The notes beneath the pieces were generated by a model that saw nothing but the letters and a program-made list of their open reading frames with translations, made no database searches and was not told the origin of the DNA. DNA of 64,000 nucleotides from an uncultured SAR86 cluster bacterium (lineage in GTDB: Bacteria > Pseudomonadota > Gammaproteobacteria > Magnimaribacterales > D2472): NCBI GenBank assembly GCA_902623685.1, contig CACNUQ010000004.1, positions 25,590 through 89,589 on the forward strand. Reading direction: 5' to 3'. Made by a program: the position numbers and the translations under genes. Of the stretch, positions 62,066 to 64,000 are shown one piece after another (within the stretch, counting starts at the first letter, position 1; the number at the start of each line of letters is the position of its first letter).

Positions 62066-62452
62066 ATGTTAAGACTCTCCATCATTTTTTCAGCCCTATG
62101 TTTATTCATTATTGGATGCTACGTTATGTTTAAACCTGATTTAACTGATCTTGGTTTTATCCCTGTAGTCGCAACTAATCCAGAAACTGCATCAGAGTTT
62201 CGATCATTATTTGCTGGATCATTTCTTGCATATGCTTATTTTTTAATACGATATGCATTTTCTTACCGTCTTGTTTCAATCGCAATCTTTATTGCTTATA
62301 TTATGATTTTTATTGCCTTTGGACGGTTAGTAAGTTTTTATTATGAAGGGTTTAATTTCTTTGGCCTTTTTGTTTTTCTTGGAGAAGTATTTTTAGCTTT
62401 AATTCTTATTTTAGCTCATCGAAAAAGAAAAAATGAAATACCTTATTCCTAG
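62066..62452 (+). CDS. Four-TM membrane protein, unknown function
   Basis: 128-aa hydrophobic ORF with a basic C-terminus (HRKRKNE). Confidence 0.45.
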   Translation: MLRLSIIFSALCLFIIGCYVMFKPDLTDLGFIPVVATNPETASEFRSLFAGSFLAYAYFLIRYAFSYRLVSIAIFIAYIMIFIAFGRLVSFYYEGFNFFGLFVFLGEVFLALILILAHRKRKNEIPYS

Positions 62453-62517
62453 TTTGTTAGGATTGGATAAAAATTCTTAATATTTCATGATTCTGTAATA
62501 TAATTCTTTCTCTTTCT

Positions 62518-62602
62518 GGGGATGTGGTGGAACTGGTAGACACGCTTGGCTTAGAACCAAGTGCCGAAAGGTGTGGGGGTTCGACTCCCTCCATCCCTAC
62601 CA
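62518..62602 (+). tRNA. tRNA-Leu (anticodon TAG), class II, CCA encoded
   Basis: Hand fold: acceptor GGGGATG/CATCCCT (G1-U72), anticodon arm CTTGG-CTTAGAA-CCAAG, variable arm, T arm GGGGG-TTCGACT-CCCTC, 3' ACCA. Confidence 0.85.
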
Positions 62603-62612
62603 ATATAATAAA

Positions 62613-63923
62613 ATGATGAAAAAGTTTGTTTTTGGATTTTTTATTTTTATCAGCTTATCCTCTTTTATTTTTATAATCTCATATTTAAATCCCGGAGTTA
62701 GCTTACCAATATTACCTTCCGCTAATGCTGAAATTAAAGAGCAAGAGAACCTTTCGTGGTTTTCTCGTGCAGCTCTTGATTTTTATTTTGATATAAACAT
62801 TCTTCGAAAGGCAGATGCAGGCTACGTGGCTATTTTTGCAAAGAATGGGCGAATAATTCATGCAACAGCTAAAGGTATGGCTGATATTGATAATCGTATT
62901 CCCATGCAAACTAATACAAGATTTAGGATTGCCTCTATGACTAAGCCTATAACTGCAGTCGCAACACTAATTTTAATTGAGGAGGGTAAACTAAAACTTG
63001 ATGATCCTATAGAGCAATACTTACCCCTAGCAAATAAAATTAGAGTAGCCCTTCCTGATAATCAGATGCTGGATAATGAATTTGTTACAGAACCTCTAAA
63101 AAGATCAATAACCATTTTAGATTTACTTACCTTTAGTTCTGGAGCTGGCTATAACGACTCTGTAGATAACAAAGATCAATCGGAGCTTGCAAAACTGTGG
63201 GCACAAAATGATATTTATAAGGGGCTAGGTAGTCTTGAAGATAGGGTTAACAAAATATTACAACTACCTTTTTTTGAGCAACCTGGAGAGATTTGGCGCT
63301 ATGGATGGTCAACAGATATTTTAGCCAGAATAATTGAAATAGCATCTCAAAAATCATTTGATCAATTTCTTGAAGAAAGAATCTTTAAGCCCTTAGACAT
63401 GACTCAAACTAATTTCTTAAGCCAAGAAAATAAAGACAATAAAATAGCTGAAGTTTATTCTCGAAATGGCACCTTCAATTTAACACTTATTGAAACTCCA
63501 AGGAGCAATCCATTAGATTGGACACCAGGAAGTAGTGGCCTTGTTTCAAATGCAGAAGATTATATTAAATTTGCTTTAATGCTTTGGAATGGTGGCATTT
63601 ACGATGGAAAAAGAATTTTGTCATCCGAATCAATTTCTTTAATGTCATATCCCCATATACAGTCAGGAGTTCTATCAAGTCAAGTTGATGGCATGGGTTT
63701 TGGTTTAGGTGTGGGCGTTGTGATAAATGCTAAAAAAACTATCCTTTTTGACAGAGATAATGATTTTTTCTGGAGTGGTTTTTATGGCACTAACTTTTTT
63801 GTAAGCCCTAAAACAGGTCTAGTCGGTGTAATCATGTCACAAAATCAACCGCTTCCAGCATCACCATGGCCTGGTTCCTTTGGGGTATTTTTGGCTCCAG
63901 GATTTGCTTTTTCAGGAATATAA
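62613..63923 (+). CDS. Beta-lactamase-family serine hydrolase (class C/esterase-like)
   Basis: Start moved to MMKKFVFGFF because the track start at 62571 lies inside tRNA-Leu. S-x-x-K motif RIASMTKPIT and a secretion-type N-terminus. Confidence 0.75.
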   Translation: MMKKFVFGFFIFISLSSFIFIISYLNPGVSLPILPSANAEIKEQENLSWFSRAALDFYFDINILRKADAGYVAIFAKNGRIIHATAKGMADIDNRIPMQTNTRFRIASMTKPITAVATLILIEEGKLKLDDPIEQYLPLANKIRVALPDNQMLDNEFVTEPLKRSITILDLLTFSSGAGYNDSVDNKDQSELAKLWAQNDIYKGLGSLEDRVNKILQLPFFEQPGEIWRYGWSTDILARIIEIASQKSFDQFLEERIFKPLDMTQTNFLSQENKDNKIAEVYSRNGTFNLTLIETPRSNPLDWTPGSSGLVSNAEDYIKFALMLWNGGIYDGKRILSSESISLMSYPHIQSGVLSSQVDGMGFGLGVGVVINAKKTILFDRDNDFFWSGFYGTNFFVSPKTGLVGVIMSQNQPLPASPWPGSFGVFLAPGFAFSGI

Positions 63924-64000
63924 GTTCTTTATATTTTGATTCAAAATAAGGCTACTAATTTTTTTTAATTCAAATATCATTAGATTATGAAAAATTTTGA

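Noticed and set aside
62571-62612. The N-terminal 14 codons of the track ORF 62571-63923.
   Set aside because: They overlap the 3' half of tRNA-Leu. A signal-peptide-like start (MMKKFVF...) follows at 62613.
63987-64000. A possible ATG-initiated ORF (MKNF...) at the window edge.
   Set aside because: Only four codons are visible, so it cannot be supported.

Overview
The window is AT-rich, very gene-dense, and has no rRNA, CRISPR, transposase or integrase. Gene content and local synteny (smc-zipA-ligA, ccmABCDEFGHI, hflX, thrS, mnmC, a TonB-dependent receptor) suggest a streamlined marine gammaproteobacterium; this taxonomic call is inference only. Three tRNAs were found by hand folding: Ser-GCU, Arg-CCU and Leu-UAG. 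The main feature is a co-directional block of 24 tightly packed, often overlapping genes at about 10.2-31.7 kb. It looks like a compact steroid-nucleus catabolic operon. It carries 9,10-seco ring A/B meta-cleavage functions (HsaC/HsaD/HsaEFG-like) and HIP ring C/D functions (FadD3-, IpdAB-, IpdC-, EchA20-, FadA6- and paired ACAD-like). It also has non-canonical parts: a KshA-like Rieske oxygenase split into two reciprocally degenerate ORFs, an overlapping Lrp/AsnC regulator pair, a P450, an LLM oxidoreductase and an unknown ORF. No KstD, HsaAB, KshB or ferredoxin is visible in the window. Other oddities are a 732-aa SMC with no recognisable hinge, a 57-residue spacer inside the LigA zinc finger, a polylysine tail on a crotonase, and a TBDR/DUF3604 neighbourhood. 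All family assignments come from reading motifs by eye; no database search was run.
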